Assembly: GCF_964355755.1 (NCBI RefSeq)
Contig: NC_092670.1
Coordinates: 19,516,795 to 19,580,794, forward strand
Length of the DNA: 64,000 bases
Source: Antedon mediterranea
Lineage: Eukaryota; Animalia; Echinodermata
Direction: 5' to 3'
Within the stretch, counting starts at the first letter, position 1. The number at the start of each line of letters is the position of its first letter. The notes beneath the pieces were generated by a model that saw nothing but the letters and a program-made list of their open reading frames with translations, searched no databases and had not been told where the DNA came from. This document shows positions 63,368 to 64,000 of the stretch, piece by piece. A program made the translations under genes and the position numbers.

Positions 63368-63957
63368 CTAGATGGTACGCTCGCTTCGCTCGCGTACCAT
63401 CTAGGTCGTGCCCACAGATGGTTCTCGAATATACAGTAATTTCAGCGTAACAAAACTGGCGATTTCAAATGTACGTACCGCAGGACTATAATACATTGTC
63501 GTTTACAGAAACGAATAAATAGACACGATGATTTATGTAGTCAACTAAAATTAGCACCCTGGGAATTACTTCCGAAGGAGAAACTTATCACAAAATGAGT
63601 CCAAATTTTTGATTTGGACTCATTTAACGAAACCCAATTTGTGTTTTGTATGTAACATTAGGGTTGAGGGATGAGAAAGCAGATAGGTACAAAGAGGAAC
63701 AATTTTTAAATATATTCTTTATCCACTCAGTAACGAAATATTTTGTTCATGTTTTATAAGCCTACCGGTATACATAATATACCTCTAAATACAGTAAAAC
63801 ATTTGCGATTTAATACTTTGTTAAAACTGTCACTGTCATAATCGATTGAAATATTAAAGTACATGTCACGATACACCACTACGACGTTTATATTTTTGGT
63901 AATTATTAATTAATACAAACGTTGAGAAGGAACTGTCAGTATAAAGTTTATTTGTAT
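63368..63957 (-). mobile_element. Helitron-like repeat, inverted copy of 23048-23740
   Basis: High identity by eye, with the same terminal hairpin ending CTAG|T. Confidence 0.6.
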
Positions 63958-64000
63958 GTGTATTTACAGTATTGTCAAAGTATTGCAAGAAGTTTATTCT

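Overview
This is AT-rich, intron-containing animal genomic DNA, probably a marine invertebrate; a deuterostome such as an echinoderm is a guess based on Deu-type SINEs and a vertebrate-like RPL3 intron pattern. From left to right it contains: (1) the right part of an apparently intact two-gene DNA transposon (IS3EU-like), with a spliced G2E3-type HECT E3 ligase facing a spliced DDE integrase, a 21-bp palindromic subterminal array and a terminus near 4915; (2) a divergent 8-exon PP1-family phosphatase (- strand), one intron of which holds a tRNA-Asp(ATC)-like unit and a minimal hammerhead ribozyme among (TA)n tracts; (3) a truncated LINE, Helitron-like repeats and foldback hairpins; (4) a heparan sulfate 3-O-sulfotransferase (-) head-to-head with DUS1L (+), with two inverted Ginger-like elements around the shared promoter; (5) TXNDC11 (-) head-to-head with RPL3 (+). 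RPL3 hosts two U83-type C/D snoRNAs and a structured alternative-acceptor (poison) segment in intron 3. Comparing paralogous repeat copies shows recurrent micro-insertions at TA dinucleotides (TA to TAGGCCTA, TACAGTA or TACCGGTA), and TAGGCCTA clusters near gene 5' ends. All calls were made by eye with no database searches.
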